A DNA stretch of 64,000 nt from Oscillospiraceae bacterium (lineage in GTDB: Bacteria; Bacillota; Clostridia; Oscillospirales; Oscillospiraceae): positions 25,785-89,784 of the forward strand of contig JAFYAQ010000010.1 in assembly GCA_017540645.1 (NCBI GenBank). The letters are read 5' to 3'. Shown here piece after piece: positions 35,758 through 45,767 of this stretch. The position numbers and the translations under genes were made by a program. Numbering within the stretch: position 1 is the first letter of the stretch; the number at the start of each line of letters is the position of its first letter. The notes under the pieces are model-generated. The model had not been told where the DNA came from. It saw only the letters and a program-made list of their open reading frames with translations, and did not search any database.

Positions 35758-37203
35758 TCACATGATGGCCGCGCCGATGGGGTAGCCCACCACCGCGAAC
35801 AGGATCGCCGCCGCCACGGACCAGAGCAGGCCGTATTTGAGCATGGTGTCGGTCTTCAGCCAGCCGGTGCCGGCGGCGATGGCCGCGTGGGCGGTGCTGG
35901 GGGGCGTGGCGCAGGCCACACAGGCGCCCGCGCCGATGACGCAGGTCAGAGCCGCGGGGTTCACCCCGGCGATGGCCCCGCCGTACACCAGGGGCAGGGA
36001 GATGCTGTACATCAGCGTGACGGTCACGGTGTTGGAGGCAAAGTTGGTGATGATGACGGTGAACAGAGAGATGAAGAGAACGAACACAATGGGGTTCATG
36101 CTGCCGATCACCGGGGAGAGGGCACTGCTGATCCGCTCGGTGATGCCGGCGTCCTTGTTGGTCAGCGCGCTGCCCAGGATGCTGGTAGCCGCCACCATGA
36201 ACACCGCTCCCCAGGGCACACCCTTGGCCAGGGATTCGCCCCAGTTCATGAGAGGCTTGCCGCCGTCCTCAATGATGCAGAGCAGGATGCAGCCGATGAT
36301 AGCCGGGGTGGGGGTGCCCAGCGTGCTGATGGCCGAAGCCACACCGGGGAGGATGCCCTTGATAATGCCGGGCAGCAGCCACATGGCCACCACCGCCACG
36401 AACACGCCCAGGGTCCACTTTTCCTTGCGGCTCATGGGCTCCCTATTGGCGTTCAGGATGGAGCTGTCCAGATTCTTCAGCCGGTCCATGTCCAGACGAC
36501 AGACGAACTTGGTCAGCAGCAGGGCCACGAAGAAGATCACAAGGCAGGAGATCACGCCGAAGATGGTGTAGGAGACAAAGTTGATGGGAGCGCCCATGTC
36601 ATTCTCGTACAGGCTCAGGGCCATGGTGGTGACCGTGTGGGCGATGGGGGTGGCGGCGGTGGACAGGGAGGCGAAGAACAGGATGCCCAGCACCACGATC
36701 TGGGGGAAGCGGTCGCCCTTTTCATATTTCAGCTCGGCGAAGATCTGCTCGGCGATGGGCAGGCACACGATAAAGGCGGGAATGGGGCTCATGAAGGAGC
36801 CGATAAACAGGGGCGCGAAGAACAGCAGGCCCAGCAGCAGCCAGGGGTTCTTCTTGGCGAAGGGCCGGGTCACGATCCACAGCGCCACGCGCCGCAGGAA
36901 GCCGGTCTGCCGCAGCACATAGGTCAGCATGGAGGAGAACAGCACGAAGGAGGTGATCCAGCCGCCCATGGAACCGTTGAGGGCGCTGGAGTAGGTGTAC
37001 AGCGGAGTCAGGATCAGGGCTACGATGCACAGCAGGCTGGGCCAGGTGACGGAGACGAACATCCACAGCAGGATGGTGCCCACAAAGATGCAGGCGATCT
37101 GCATTCCCAGCTGGCTCAGTCCGAAGATCGGCGGGAGAAAGCCTCCGCACAGCATCAGCAGCACGCCGATAATGGTGAATACCCATTTTTTTGTGTCTTT
37201 CAT
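35758..37203 (-). CDS. SLC13/DASS family anion permease
   Basis: 481 aa polytopic protein; N-terminus KKWVFTIIGVLLML and general DASS topology. Confidence 0.75.
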   Translation of the reverse strand: MKDTKKWVFTIIGVLLMLCGGFLPPIFGLSQLGMQIACIFVGTILLWMFVSVTWPSLLCIVALILTPLYTYSSALNGSMGGWITSFVLFSSMLTYVLRQTGFLRRVALWIVTRPFAKKNPWLLLGLLFFAPLFIGSFMSPIPAFIVCLPIAEQIFAELKYEKGDRFPQIVVLGILFFASLSTAATPIAHTVTTMALSLYENDMGAPINFVSYTIFGVISCLVIFFVALLLTKFVCRLDMDRLKNLDSSILNANREPMSRKEKWTLGVFVAVVAMWLLPGIIKGILPGVASAISTLGTPTPAIIGCILLCIIEDGGKPLMNWGESLAKGVPWGAVFMVAATSILGSALTNKDAGITERISSALSPVIGSMNPIVFVLFISLFTVIITNFASNTVTVTLMYSISLPLVYGGAIAGVNPAALTCVIGAGACVACATPPSTAHAAIAAGTGWLKTDTMLKYGLLWSVAAAILFAVVGYPIGAAIM

Positions 37204-37271
37204 GATGGACCGCTCCTTTTTCTTTTGATGGTGCCATCATAGATTAGAAAGGAAAAAACAGCAATTCAAAG

Positions 37272-37310
37272 CCGCCTCTATTTATTCCGCGCGGGAATAA
37301 ATAGAGGCGG
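37272..37310 (-). terminator. 17-bp perfect hairpin between the Dabb and DASS genes
   Basis: ccgcctctatttattcc gcgcg ggaataaatagaggcgg. No adjacent U-tract on the minus strand, so terminator function is uncertain. Confidence 0.45.
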
Positions 37311-37322
37311 GGCGATCCCCTG

Positions 37323-37607
37323 TCAATCGTCGCAATCAAAAATGGCCTTTTGGGCGATGCGATCCCCGTATTCCGCTTTCCAGCGCAGATGGGGAGCCGA
37401 AGCGTCGTAGACCGGAAGGGCTTCCTTTTCCATATCCATACAGATCATCATGTCATAACGATTCGGTCTCTCGGAATTGGAAAGGCGGATATCCACGCTG
37501 TGTACCCCGGGGATAGCGAGAGTTTCTTCAAAAATGCTGCGAACGGGGGCTTCCAGCGCGCGGAAGTCTGTCCCCTCGGTGAACTTCACGATGATGTGGT
37601 GTTTCAT
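37323..37607 (-). CDS. Dabb (stress-responsive A/B barrel) family protein
   Basis: 94 aa; MKHHIIVKF..VHSVDI..YDMMICMDMEKEALPVYDASAPH. Confidence 0.8.
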   Translation of the reverse strand: MKHHIIVKFTEGTDFRALEAPVRSIFEETLAIPGVHSVDIRLSNSERPNRYDMMICMDMEKEALPVYDASAPHLRWKAEYGDRIAQKAIFDCDD

Positions 37608-37639
37608 TTTTCTGCTCCTTTCTTGTATATCCCCGGCGT

Positions 37640-38878
37640 TTATTCCCTGCGCAGCAGCGCCACGGCCACGTCGTTCACATTGGTGCCGGTGGGGCCGGTG
37701 ACCACCAGGCCGTGGACCGCCTGGAGTGCATGGTAGGCGTCGTTGTTCTGGAGGGTCTCGAACACGCTGAAGCCCCGGTCGGAGAGTTCCTTCAGCGTCT
37801 CATGGTCCACATAGCCCCCCGCGGCGTCCGTGGGGCCGTCCGTCCCGTCGCTGCCCACGGAAAACAGGGCCGCGCCGTTCACTCCCGCGATGCCGGGGGC
37901 CGCAGCCAGAGCCAGTTCCTGGTTCCGTCCGCCCAGGCCCTTGCCCCTCAGGTGCACCACCGTCTCGCCTCCCGCGATGAAGGCCAGGGATTTCCCGCTC
38001 TTCTCGTGGCTTTTCAAAATGCTGGCCAGAAAGCTCCCCGCCTCCCGGGCCTCGCAGCAGAGCCGGTCCGTGAGGATCACCGGCTCATAGCCCAGCCGCC
38101 CGGCGGCCTTTCCCGCCGCCGCGCACAGCTCCCGCACCGAGCCGTTGACGTGGGTCTCCACGTTCGAAAGCTCCTTGGGGGTCTCCTGTTCCAGCAGGGC
38201 CGCGGCCTCGGCGCTGAGCCGGAGCGCGTATTTTTCGGCGATGGCGCGGGCCTCCTGGCAGGTGCTTTTGTCCGGGCAGGCCGGGCCGCTGGCGATCATG
38301 TCCAGGGGGTCGCCCAGGATATCGCTGAGGACGATGCTCAGCACCTTTGCCGGGGCGCAGGCCAGAGCGAAGCGGCCGCCCTTCACGGCGGAGAGCCGCT
38401 TGCGGATGGTGTTCATCTCCGTGATATCCGCCCCGCTGGCCAAAAGCTGCCGGGTGATATCCTGCAGCTCCTCCCCGGGGATCAGGGGCTTTTCAAACAG
38501 GGCGCTGCCCCCGCCGGAGAGCAGGAAGATCACCGTATCCTCCGCGCTCAGACCGCTCACCAGCTCCAGAGCCTTCTCCGTGGCGGAAAAACCGTTTTCA
38601 TCCGGGACGGGGTGCCCCGCCTCAAAGCAGGCAAGACCGGGGATCTCCCCCTGCACATGCCCGTATTTCGTGATCACCACGCCGCCGTCCGCCCGGCCCA
38701 GGGTGATCATCGCCGCCTTGGCCATCGCCCAGGCCGCCTTGCCCGCGGCGACGATCAAGGTGCGGCCCTCCCCGGGTTGGTAGTCCTTCAGCGTACGGCG
38801 TACAGCCTCGATGGGCTGCACCTCCCGGATGCAGTAGGAAATGATCTTCTCCGCGTCCAGCCGCAGATTCACATCCAT
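37640..38878 (-). CDS. Glycerate 2-kinase (DUF4147/MOFRL family)
   Basis: 412 aa; IVAAGKAAWAMA, LLSGGGSALFE, IAGGETVVHLRGKGLGGRNQELALAAA, GSDGTDGPTDAAGG. Confidence 0.85.
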   Translation of the reverse strand: MDVNLRLDAEKIISYCIREVQPIEAVRRTLKDYQPGEGRTLIVAAGKAAWAMAKAAMITLGRADGGVVITKYGHVQGEIPGLACFEAGHPVPDENGFSATEKALELVSGLSAEDTVIFLLSGGGSALFEKPLIPGEELQDITRQLLASGADITEMNTIRKRLSAVKGGRFALACAPAKVLSIVLSDILGDPLDMIASGPACPDKSTCQEARAIAEKYALRLSAEAAALLEQETPKELSNVETHVNGSVRELCAAAGKAAGRLGYEPVILTDRLCCEAREAGSFLASILKSHEKSGKSLAFIAGGETVVHLRGKGLGGRNQELALAAAPGIAGVNGAALFSVGSDGTDGPTDAAGGYVDHETLKELSDRGFSVFETLQNNDAYHALQAVHGLVVTGPTGTNVNDVAVALLRRE

Positions 38879-38927
38879 AGGGACATCTCCTTTGCAAAAA
38901 GGGCCGGAGCAGCTCCGGCCCTTTCCA

Positions 38928-39869
38928 TTATTTTACCATGCAGGGTTTTTTGTTGTCAAAGGTCCATCCGGTAATCCGGTCTGTTCCCTCTCGGCGGCCG
39001 ATCTGGATATCGGCCAGATACTCATAATACCGGGCGATGGCGCTGTGGTCCTTGTTCCCGTCCTCATGGGCGTGCAGCCACTCCAGGATCTCCTGCACGC
39101 TGGCGGTCATGGGCACGGGGGCGCCGACGGAGTGGGCGCAGTCCAGGACGTTGTTCAGGTCCTTGATGTGCAGATCGACCTTGAAGCCGGGCCTGTCGTT
39201 GCCGGCGATCATCATGGGGCCCTTGGCGTCCAGCACGGCGGAGCCGGCCAGGCCGCCCCGGATGGCCTGGCAGACCATGTTGGGATCCATCCCCGCCTTT
39301 TGGGCCAGGGTCATGGCCTCGGCCACGGCCCGGATGTTGCAGGCCACGATGATCTGGTTGGCGAGCTTGGTGGTGTTGCCCGCGCCCACGTCGCCGCAGC
39401 GGACCACGGAGGAGCCCATCAGAGAGAGGACAGGCTTGAACCTGTCAAAGACCTCCTGTTTCCCGCCCACCATGAAGGACAAGGTTCCGTCGATGGCCTT
39501 AGGCTCGCCGCCGGAGACCGGGGCGTCCAGCATCTCGATGCCGCGCTCTTGAAGGGCGGCGGCAATCTCCCGGCTGGCCACGGGGTTGATGGAACTCATG
39601 TCGATGAAAGTGCTGCCCGGCCGCATATGAGCGGCCACGCCGTCGGGCCCCAGCATGACCTCCTTCACCTGGGGGCCGTTGGGGAGCATGGTCAGCACCA
39701 GGTCGCAGCGTTCGCCGATCTCGGCGAGGGAGGCCAGGGCGGCGCCGCTGTCCCGGAGTTCCCCGGCGGCCTTGCTGGCGCTGCTGACGGTCAGATCGCA
39801 GCCCGCCTTGAGAAGGTTTTTCGCCATGGGTCTGCCCATGATGCCCAGCCCGATAAATCCGATTTTCAT
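38928..39869 (-). CDS. garR: 2-hydroxy-3-oxopropionate (tartronate semialdehyde) reductase-like, HIBADH family
   Basis: Start at [19 protein letters not shown] (ATG 39869, GGAG 9 nt upstream). [18 protein letters not shown]. The substrate assignment is family-level only. Confidence 0.8.
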   Translation of the reverse strand: MKIGFIGLGIMGRPMAKNLLKAGCDLTVSSASKAAGELRDSGAALASLAEIGERCDLVLTMLPNGPQVKEVMLGPDGVAAHMRPGSTFIDMSSINPVASREIAAALQERGIEMLDAPVSGGEPKAIDGTLSFMVGGKQEVFDRFKPVLSLMGSSVVRCGDVGAGNTTKLANQIIVACNIRAVAEAMTLAQKAGMDPNMVCQAIRGGLAGSAVLDAKGPMMIAGNDRPGFKVDLHIKDLNNVLDCAHSVGAPVPMTASVQEILEWLHAHEDGNKDHSAIARYYEYLADIQIGRREGTDRITGWTFDNKKPCMVK

Positions 39870-39953
39870 ATTGGTCATCTCCTTTTCCTGCTTCTCCCCT
39901 TTTGCTGCTATGGACGCAGCCATCATTTTCAGTCCCCGTAAACCTCGATCTGG

Positions 39954-40076
39954 CAGAAGCGCGGGATTTACCAGGCTCCCCGCGTAAATGACCAGATCCG
40001 CCTGGCGCAGCAGCCGCGCCCCCCGGAGGGTGATGAGATCCGGCGCCCCGGGCCCCGCGCCGACAAAGTGCAGCAT
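39954..40076 (-). pseudogene. cbiF: 5' stub (about 41 codons) of precorrin-4 C11-methyltransferase cbiF/cobM
   Basis: [41 protein letters not shown] is the conserved N-terminus of tetrapyrrole methylases of CbiF/CobM type. Similarity then stops, and the frame runs on without a stop into the garR-like gene. Confidence 0.7.
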
Positions 40077-40119
40077 GACTTTCCTCCCCGACAAAAAAGA
40101 CGTACCCGGATCCCAGGCA

Positions 40120-40295
40120 CGTCAAAAGCAGACGCGGTTTCCCGCGTCTGTGAACGTGCTTCCGGTTCCGGCAGAAGCGCTGTCCCTCCCCCATGTATCT
40201 GACTGATCCCCTTTTCGGGGCTTCACAGTGACCGACTCGCCGGGAATTGCACCCGATTCCATGCTCCGCGCAAAGCGGACGGAGAGAGACATCCT
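40120..40295 (-). promoter_or_regulatory. Cobalamin riboswitch-like leader with intrinsic terminator
   Basis: Minus strand: GGAATCGGGTGCAATTCCCGGCGAGTCGGTCACTGTGAAG (core GGTG..AA..CC..ACTGT), B12-box-like AGTCAGATAC, then cagacgcgg gaaa ccgcgtctg + CTTTTG. It lies directly upstream of the cbiF stub. Confidence 0.6.
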
Positions 40296-40334
40296 TTTAT
40301 TTTTTTGCTATTGTAGCACAAGTAAACCCCTTTG

Positions 40335-41231
40335 TCATTCCTTTTCTTTCGCCGCTATTGTTTCTTTTGATTTGGAAATCGCAAGGATCATTATGGCCGC
40401 AAGGATCGCCGCGATACCAAATACCGCATGGATCGATAGTTGTTCGTTCAAGAGGCTTGCCCCAACGATAACGCTTGTGATAGGTTCCAGTGTACTGGCA
40501 ACAGCGGATGATTGCGCGTCTGTGTACTGCGTCCCAATGGCAAAGAACGCAGAGCCAAAAACGGCAATGACAAAATCGGAGAGCAACAGGACCAACCATC
40601 CGATGCCTGTCACCGATGTAGAAAAGCCGCGAGTGAATACGCCGTATACGGTGATCATAAAAAAGCTGCCTATACCAACGAAAAAAATAACCTGTCCGGA
40701 GTCGAGAGGAGAGAAGTCAGTTTTATTCAATATAACGATATAGCATCCCCATGTAATACTGGATAAAAATGCTATCAGCAGACCGACTAAGCTTATTTTT
40801 TGAGCCGGAGCCTCCAACATAAGAAAAATGCCGACTGTGCATAAAGCAACGCACAGCGCTTTTACTTTTGACAATCTCTCATGAAATACGACCATACAAA
40901 TAAGTACGACTACGATGGGATACATGAAATGGATCGTTGTCGAGATCCCTGTCGGTAAATACTTATAGGAGGAAAATAAAAGCATTGGCGTGGCCGTTCC
41001 GACCGATGTCAACGCAAGCAGTTTTTTCCAATGATACTTATAGCCCCTCCAATGCTTATCTGCCTTCAGTGCGGCGGGAATAAACGTCAACGATAATATG
41101 GCATACCTGAATAAGACGACAAGAGACGCTGTAACTCCCTGAGAATAGCAAAATGTAACGGCGCTCGGCATCAAGCCGAAAACCACTCCGGAGATCATCA
41201 CCATATACAGGCCTTTTTTGGATCTGCTCAT
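40335..41231 (-). CDS. DMT/EamA family transporter
   Basis: 298 aa, ten hydrophobic segments arranged as two EamA-like halves. Lower G+C than its surroundings. Confidence 0.8.
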   Translation of the reverse strand: MSRSKKGLYMVMISGVVFGLMPSAVTFCYSQGVTASLVVLFRYAILSLTFIPAALKADKHWRGYKYHWKKLLALTSVGTATPMLLFSSYKYLPTGISTTIHFMYPIVVVLICMVVFHERLSKVKALCVALCTVGIFLMLEAPAQKISLVGLLIAFLSSITWGCYIVILNKTDFSPLDSGQVIFFVGIGSFFMITVYGVFTRGFSTSVTGIGWLVLLLSDFVIAVFGSAFFAIGTQYTDAQSSAVASTLEPITSVIVGASLLNEQLSIHAVFGIAAILAAIMILAISKSKETIAAKEKE

Positions 41232-41469
41232 TCTGCGTTCCCCCCCCTTACCAGTAATAATTATTCATATAAATTACAAAGTGAGCCAACGGTTTTCCGT
41301 AAAGCATTAATAAATGTCGCTCCACAGCTTTCAACACAAAATGGCCCTGCAGAATAATTGCGGGGCCATTTGCACAGGGGTGGGAAAGGATCATTAACGG
41401 TGCCGCATTCCATAGGAGTGATCCATTGGGTCATACAAAATGGTCCTCTCAATCGCCAATACTTTCCAT

Positions 41470-42867
41470 TCACTTCTTTCTGGATCTAAACCAATAGAAC
41501 AGAGCCCCCATCAGCAGCCATATCACCAACATAATATATGATGGGGCCGTAAGGCATCCCGGCATTCCGGGAACCAACAGCATCATCAAAAAGAACACCG
41601 AGAATATCCCCCCAAGAACGGAGGTAAAGGCAAATCCTATGTGAGTCCTTATTTCGTGGTCCTTCTTCATCGTGAGGAACGCGCACAGGTTTGTATATCC
41701 ATATCCGACCGCAGCGCCAATGGCAGACATATCGACGAACCAGCCAAGGGCCGTTCTGCCAAACCATGGACCTACAGCAGAAAACAGAAAACAAAAAATG
41801 ATCGCATTTGCCGGCGTTTTGTATCTGTGATGGAGCTTGCCAAACCAGGCGGGGATCGTTCCTTCCCCCGCCATGAAAAACAGCAATCTGCTTGTTGCCG
41901 TCAAAAAGCCGAGCATGCCCGTTAGTATCGCGCAGGAAATCGCAACGCCGAGGACGACCAGCCCGGGTTTGCCCATCAAAGCCTCTACGGCAGCGCCGAC
42001 TGCCCAGTCGTGTTGATTTATGAAAGCCGTCCAATCCGGTGAAACAGACGCTGTCACAAGTGTGTTGCAGGAGTAAACCGCACACCCGAACAAAACAGCG
42101 ACTACCATAATGCCGATGACTTTTTTTGTTGAGAAGTTGAACTCCTCAACCTCTTGGGGTATTGTTCCAAACCCCACATAAGCCCAAGGAGTAACGGCAA
42201 TCACAGCAATGATCCCGCGAGCAACTTCTTTGAGGTCTGGATCCGCGGCGGTTCCCCAAAACGGTTTCAGATGCTCCCACGAAGTGATGGGGCTGAACAA
42301 TGCAGAAATAACAATGATCAGGAAAGAAGTTGCAAGCGCTACCGCCATGATCGTGTCCACAAAGCCGGCTTTTTGTGCGCCTATGATGCTGAGAAACGAC
42401 AAAATGCCAAGAGCTGCAATCCCCAGCAAAACCTCGCCCAAATAAATATCATATCCAGCTACCGAGTACATTTTCCCAAATTGAAAAACGCCAAAAAACA
42501 GCTTTCGACTCATAAGGCCCAATGCGGTAGAGTTCATCGGAGCATTGGTAAGGAAAGCCAGGGCAAGCAGCCACGCACACCAAAAAGCGTTTTTGGGACC
42601 TAACAGCAGTCTTGTATAAGTAAATTCACCTCCGCCCTGCGGATACTTTTTTACCATGTAGCTGTAGCTGAATGAAATGACGATCATAATGATCGCACCG
42701 ATCGCCATGGCAACGACCGTGCCCAACGTACCGGCTGTTGGCAGAAATGTGGTGCCCGGCATCATAAAAGCGCCCCACCCGATGATGCATCCAAACGCTA
42801 AAGACCACACGCTCAGAGGATTCAGACTTTTTTCAAAGCCGGAGTCATTTTTTATTTCTTCACTCAT
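41470..42867 (-). CDS. APC family amino acid permease
   Basis: 465 aa; SLAFGCIIGWGAFMMPG and a 12-TM layout. Confidence 0.8.
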   Translation of the reverse strand: MSEEIKNDSGFEKSLNPLSVWSLAFGCIIGWGAFMMPGTTFLPTAGTLGTVVAMAIGAIIMIVISFSYSYMVKKYPQGGGEFTYTRLLLGPKNAFWCAWLLALAFLTNAPMNSTALGLMSRKLFFGVFQFGKMYSVAGYDIYLGEVLLGIAALGILSFLSIIGAQKAGFVDTIMAVALATSFLIIVISALFSPITSWEHLKPFWGTAADPDLKEVARGIIAVIAVTPWAYVGFGTIPQEVEEFNFSTKKVIGIMVVAVLFGCAVYSCNTLVTASVSPDWTAFINQHDWAVGAAVEALMGKPGLVVLGVAISCAILTGMLGFLTATSRLLFFMAGEGTIPAWFGKLHHRYKTPANAIIFCFLFSAVGPWFGRTALGWFVDMSAIGAAVGYGYTNLCAFLTMKKDHEIRTHIGFAFTSVLGGIFSVFFLMMLLVPGMPGCLTAPSYIMLVIWLLMGALFYWFRSRKK

Positions 42868-43034
42868 GCATAATCTCCTATATAGCTCTATGATACGGAG
42901 CCTTGCGTTTTTATGGTTCCTTCGCCCTGAAAATATCGACTCATTTTAAAAACGCAAAAACTGGCCCGATCGGATCCTTTTTTGAACAAGCGGCGGCACA
43001 ACAAGATGTTGGCCGCCGCCTAACGGGTATGTAA

Positions 43035-44159
43035 TCAGTACCAATAGGGAGAATCCCAGAGTTTCAAATGTGTGCCGAGACCAAGTTTCATAGCCCTGTC
43101 ATAGCAGTCATACGACCAGGCGATATCTTCTGTGGGCATTCCTCCCGTCATAAGGCAAATTCGTTCTTCTTTGCTCTTTCTTCCGATGATCTTCCCGCAA
43201 GCACAGTCGCCAAGGCTGGGGATCTCCGCCGCCGGCGGCAGCTTGCCTTCGTCAATGAGCTTATAGATGCCGCCGCCCATCATGCCCTTATAGGCTTCTT
43301 CGATAGAGCAATTCGACCTTCTGGCATCATCCATATAAGCAACGTGCATTTTGGGATTATCGAAGAACGTAGAGCTGTTGACGTGATATGACTCATCGAT
43401 TCTTCCGGAGCCGGTAAAGATGATAAGCGAACCAGGCTTGAGCCATTCATCCCTGATTTCAACCGGTTTGAGCCGCGATGTAGCGGAAGAAATGATATCA
43501 GCACAAGAAATGGCGTCTGCCATCGTTTCACAGACCACATAGTCAAGGCCGTATGTTTCTTTTGCCCAACAGCCGAGTTTTTCGCCGGCTTCGGGATTGA
43601 GGTCAAAAATGCGGATGCACCTGGCGTTCTTTGCGGTGGCCATCATTCCCTGAAGGCAGGCTTTTTGGATAGGCCCGGCCCCGATAAGTCCGATGATCTC
43701 CGCATCGGGATTTGCCAAATACTTTACGCCAACGCCGGGAATGGCGCCGGTCCTGACGGCGCTGACAATGTTTGCCGAGCAGAGGGCGATCGGCTCACAA
43801 GTGTCAACATCGTTGAGCATGATCATCAGAATGCTGCGAGGAAGACCCCGGGCGGGGTTTGCCACATTGGACCCGTACCATTTTTCTCCGGCGACTTTGA
43901 ATCTGCCGCCGAGATAACCGACCATTGCCATAAAACGTCTGTCCGGTCCGGCTGCAGGCATCCCCTCAAACTCCGGGTGTTCCGGGAAATAAACCTTTAT
44001 GCCATGTTCGTTACCGTTGGGGCCTCCCATCAGGTAATCCCCCTGGCCGAGCAGCTTGAACATCTCATCCATCACTTCAACGCATCTCTCTGAATCCAGT
44101 GCGCCCGCTTGGATCATGTCCTGCTCGCTCAAATAGATAAAGTCAGTACGTTTTCCCAT
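43035..44159 (-). CDS. Ornithine cyclodeaminase / mu-crystallin family protein
   Basis: 374 aa; IGLIGAGPIQKACLQGM Rossmann motif and the OCD-family N-terminal pattern. Confidence 0.7.
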   Translation of the reverse strand: MGKRTDFIYLSEQDMIQAGALDSERCVEVMDEMFKLLGQGDYLMGGPNGNEHGIKVYFPEHPEFEGMPAAGPDRRFMAMVGYLGGRFKVAGEKWYGSNVANPARGLPRSILMIMLNDVDTCEPIALCSANIVSAVRTGAIPGVGVKYLANPDAEIIGLIGAGPIQKACLQGMMATAKNARCIRIFDLNPEAGEKLGCWAKETYGLDYVVCETMADAISCADIISSATSRLKPVEIRDEWLKPGSLIIFTGSGRIDESYHVNSSTFFDNPKMHVAYMDDARRSNCSIEEAYKGMMGGGIYKLIDEGKLPPAAEIPSLGDCACGKIIGRKSKEERICLMTGGMPTEDIAWSYDCYDRAMKLGLGTHLKLWDSPYWY

Positions 44160-44178
44160 TTTGTTCTCCTTTATGGTA

Positions 44179-45549
44179 TCACTTCTGTTTGATGGAATAC
44201 CATGTTCTGGTCAGAACAGGCAAAAGCGCAGCCACAACAGCGCCTACCGTGAAGAGGATCGTCATTCTTGTGATGCCGTATTGCGCAACCCAGATCGGGG
44301 CCATGGAAGTGATAACACCGCCGCCGGTCGCCCACGAAGAAAACGGCGCTCTGGCAGCATACATATCCAACGCATCAGACTTAGCCTCGGGATCGCATAC
44401 CTTCAGCAGCAGGATACCCGTTGCCGCTACGCCAGTGTAGGTACCGTACATCATCATTGCATTTTCAAACCAGGTATCGCCGAAGGCTCCGCGCGCATAC
44501 ACGAGAGCAAAGAACAGCATAAAGGCAAAGAGAGCGACACTGGTGATCAAAATCGGGAGCGCATAGTCGATCACGACGGAAACGTTAAGGGACGCGACGG
44601 CACCAGCGATCAAAAATTCAAGAGAAATACCCTGAATTCTGCTCATTACCCGCATATCCACTGCGTCGCCCCACTTGGTCTTGTTGAGAACAAGCTGAAG
44701 CAAGCCGCCCGCAAACATTGCCGTCACGAACCATGAAAGCGAGAAATTCAGATAAATCTTGAGCGCCCTGTTCATCAGATAACCCAGGAAGATCGCCACT
44801 CCAAGCAGCATGGCATGGAACGCGTAGTTATCAATGACCTGACCGGAAATCGAAAGAGTTGTGTCTACCGGTCGGTTTTCCGTGTACAATTCCTCTTCCT
44901 TGTTCTCAATTCCCACGGTCGTCCCGTTTGCCTTAAGGAATCTCGTCCATCCCTTGCGAACACCGATATTGATCAGGGTCACGCCGCCGAAAATACCGGC
45001 GACCAAGCCAACGGTCGCATTCGTCACGGCAATAGACTGGCCTTCAGCCCATCCGACCTCTTCAAACACAGCCAGCATACCAGAGGCAGTGCCATGGCCG
45101 CCGGCCCAGCCTTCCTCAAAGGTCGTGGCGAACAAGGGGTTGACCTTGAGCAGAGGAATAAACACAACAGCCGCGAGGATCAGGGGGATCGCGTATTGTG
45201 CGAAACAGCCGAGGTAAGCATAGCAGGTTGCGTTGAAGGTTTTTCTTGCAAACTGCTTCGCACTCCTTTTCTTTTTGCCCATCAACATGGGCGCAAATAC
45301 GATCACGATCAGCCGGCCGGAGAGGTTCGACCACGCAGATGTGATGTGCGCAGGAATAATGCCGAGGAAATACTTTCCGCAAAGCAAGCCGATAAAACCA
45401 GCAACAAGGGATGCCGGAATGTAATACTTTTTTAGAAACGGAACTTTTAAACGAAGGATCGTACCAATGACAAGTAGGATACTGAGCATCGCCAGATAAA
45501 ACAGCAACGCATCTTGGGTACCGCTGGATACTTCCGTTGTTGGTATCAT
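44179..45549 (-). CDS. GltS-type sodium/glutamate symporter family protein
   Basis: 456 aa; LLVIGTILRLKVPFLKKYYIPASLVAGFIGLL is the typical GltS N-terminus. Confidence 0.7.
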   Translation of the reverse strand: MIPTTEVSSGTQDALLFYLAMLSILLVIGTILRLKVPFLKKYYIPASLVAGFIGLLCGKYFLGIIPAHITSAWSNLSGRLIVIVFAPMLMGKKKRSAKQFARKTFNATCYAYLGCFAQYAIPLILAAVVFIPLLKVNPLFATTFEEGWAGGHGTASGMLAVFEEVGWAEGQSIAVTNATVGLVAGIFGGVTLINIGVRKGWTRFLKANGTTVGIENKEEELYTENRPVDTTLSISGQVIDNYAFHAMLLGVAIFLGYLMNRALKIYLNFSLSWFVTAMFAGGLLQLVLNKTKWGDAVDMRVMSRIQGISLEFLIAGAVASLNVSVVIDYALPILITSVALFAFMLFFALVYARGAFGDTWFENAMMMYGTYTGVAATGILLLKVCDPEAKSDALDMYAARAPFSSWATGGGVITSMAPIWVAQYGITRMTILFTVGAVVAALLPVLTRTWYSIKQK

Positions 45550-45767
45550 GATTTTTTCCCCTTTCTAAAATAGTCACAAGGCCCTTGTGTAGTACAAAAT
45601 AACACATTTATAGGTTCCTGTCAAGCTTTCCTCTATGTATTTTATTACAAAATAATTTATATTTAAGGGAAGCTCTGTTTTTTGCTTGTTTTCGGTTCCC
45701 CTTGCATTTTGTTGTGTCACGTTGTAAAATATTTTAGATAATTACTAAATATATCTTACAATTACTG

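Noticed and set aside
34363-37242. 959-aa + strand ORF spanning the FAD oxidoreductase and DASS permease region
   Set aside because: It is antisense to two genes with clear family signatures. Its translation is a low-complexity G/A/H/D/R/P-rich string with no motif, the typical shadow ORF of a high-G+C genome.
38928-40094. Single 388-aa CDS as given by the ORF track
   Set aside because: It is chimeric. The first ~47 aa are a CbiF/CobM N-terminus, followed by unrelated linker codons, then a complete GarR-like protein with its own RBS and ATG at 39869. It is annotated as a pseudogene stub plus a separate CDS.
41261-41473. 70-aa minus-strand ORF between the APC permease and EamA genes
   Set aside because: It has no RBS, a Cys/Trp/Pro-rich improbable composition, and overlaps the permease stop. 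It is more likely a non-coding spacer.
45693-45706. GGttccccttGCA in the gltS/rpiR divergent region as a sigma-54 promoter
   Set aside because: The GG-to-GC spacing is two nucleotides too short compared with the two consensus sites in this window, and the TGGCAC context is missing.
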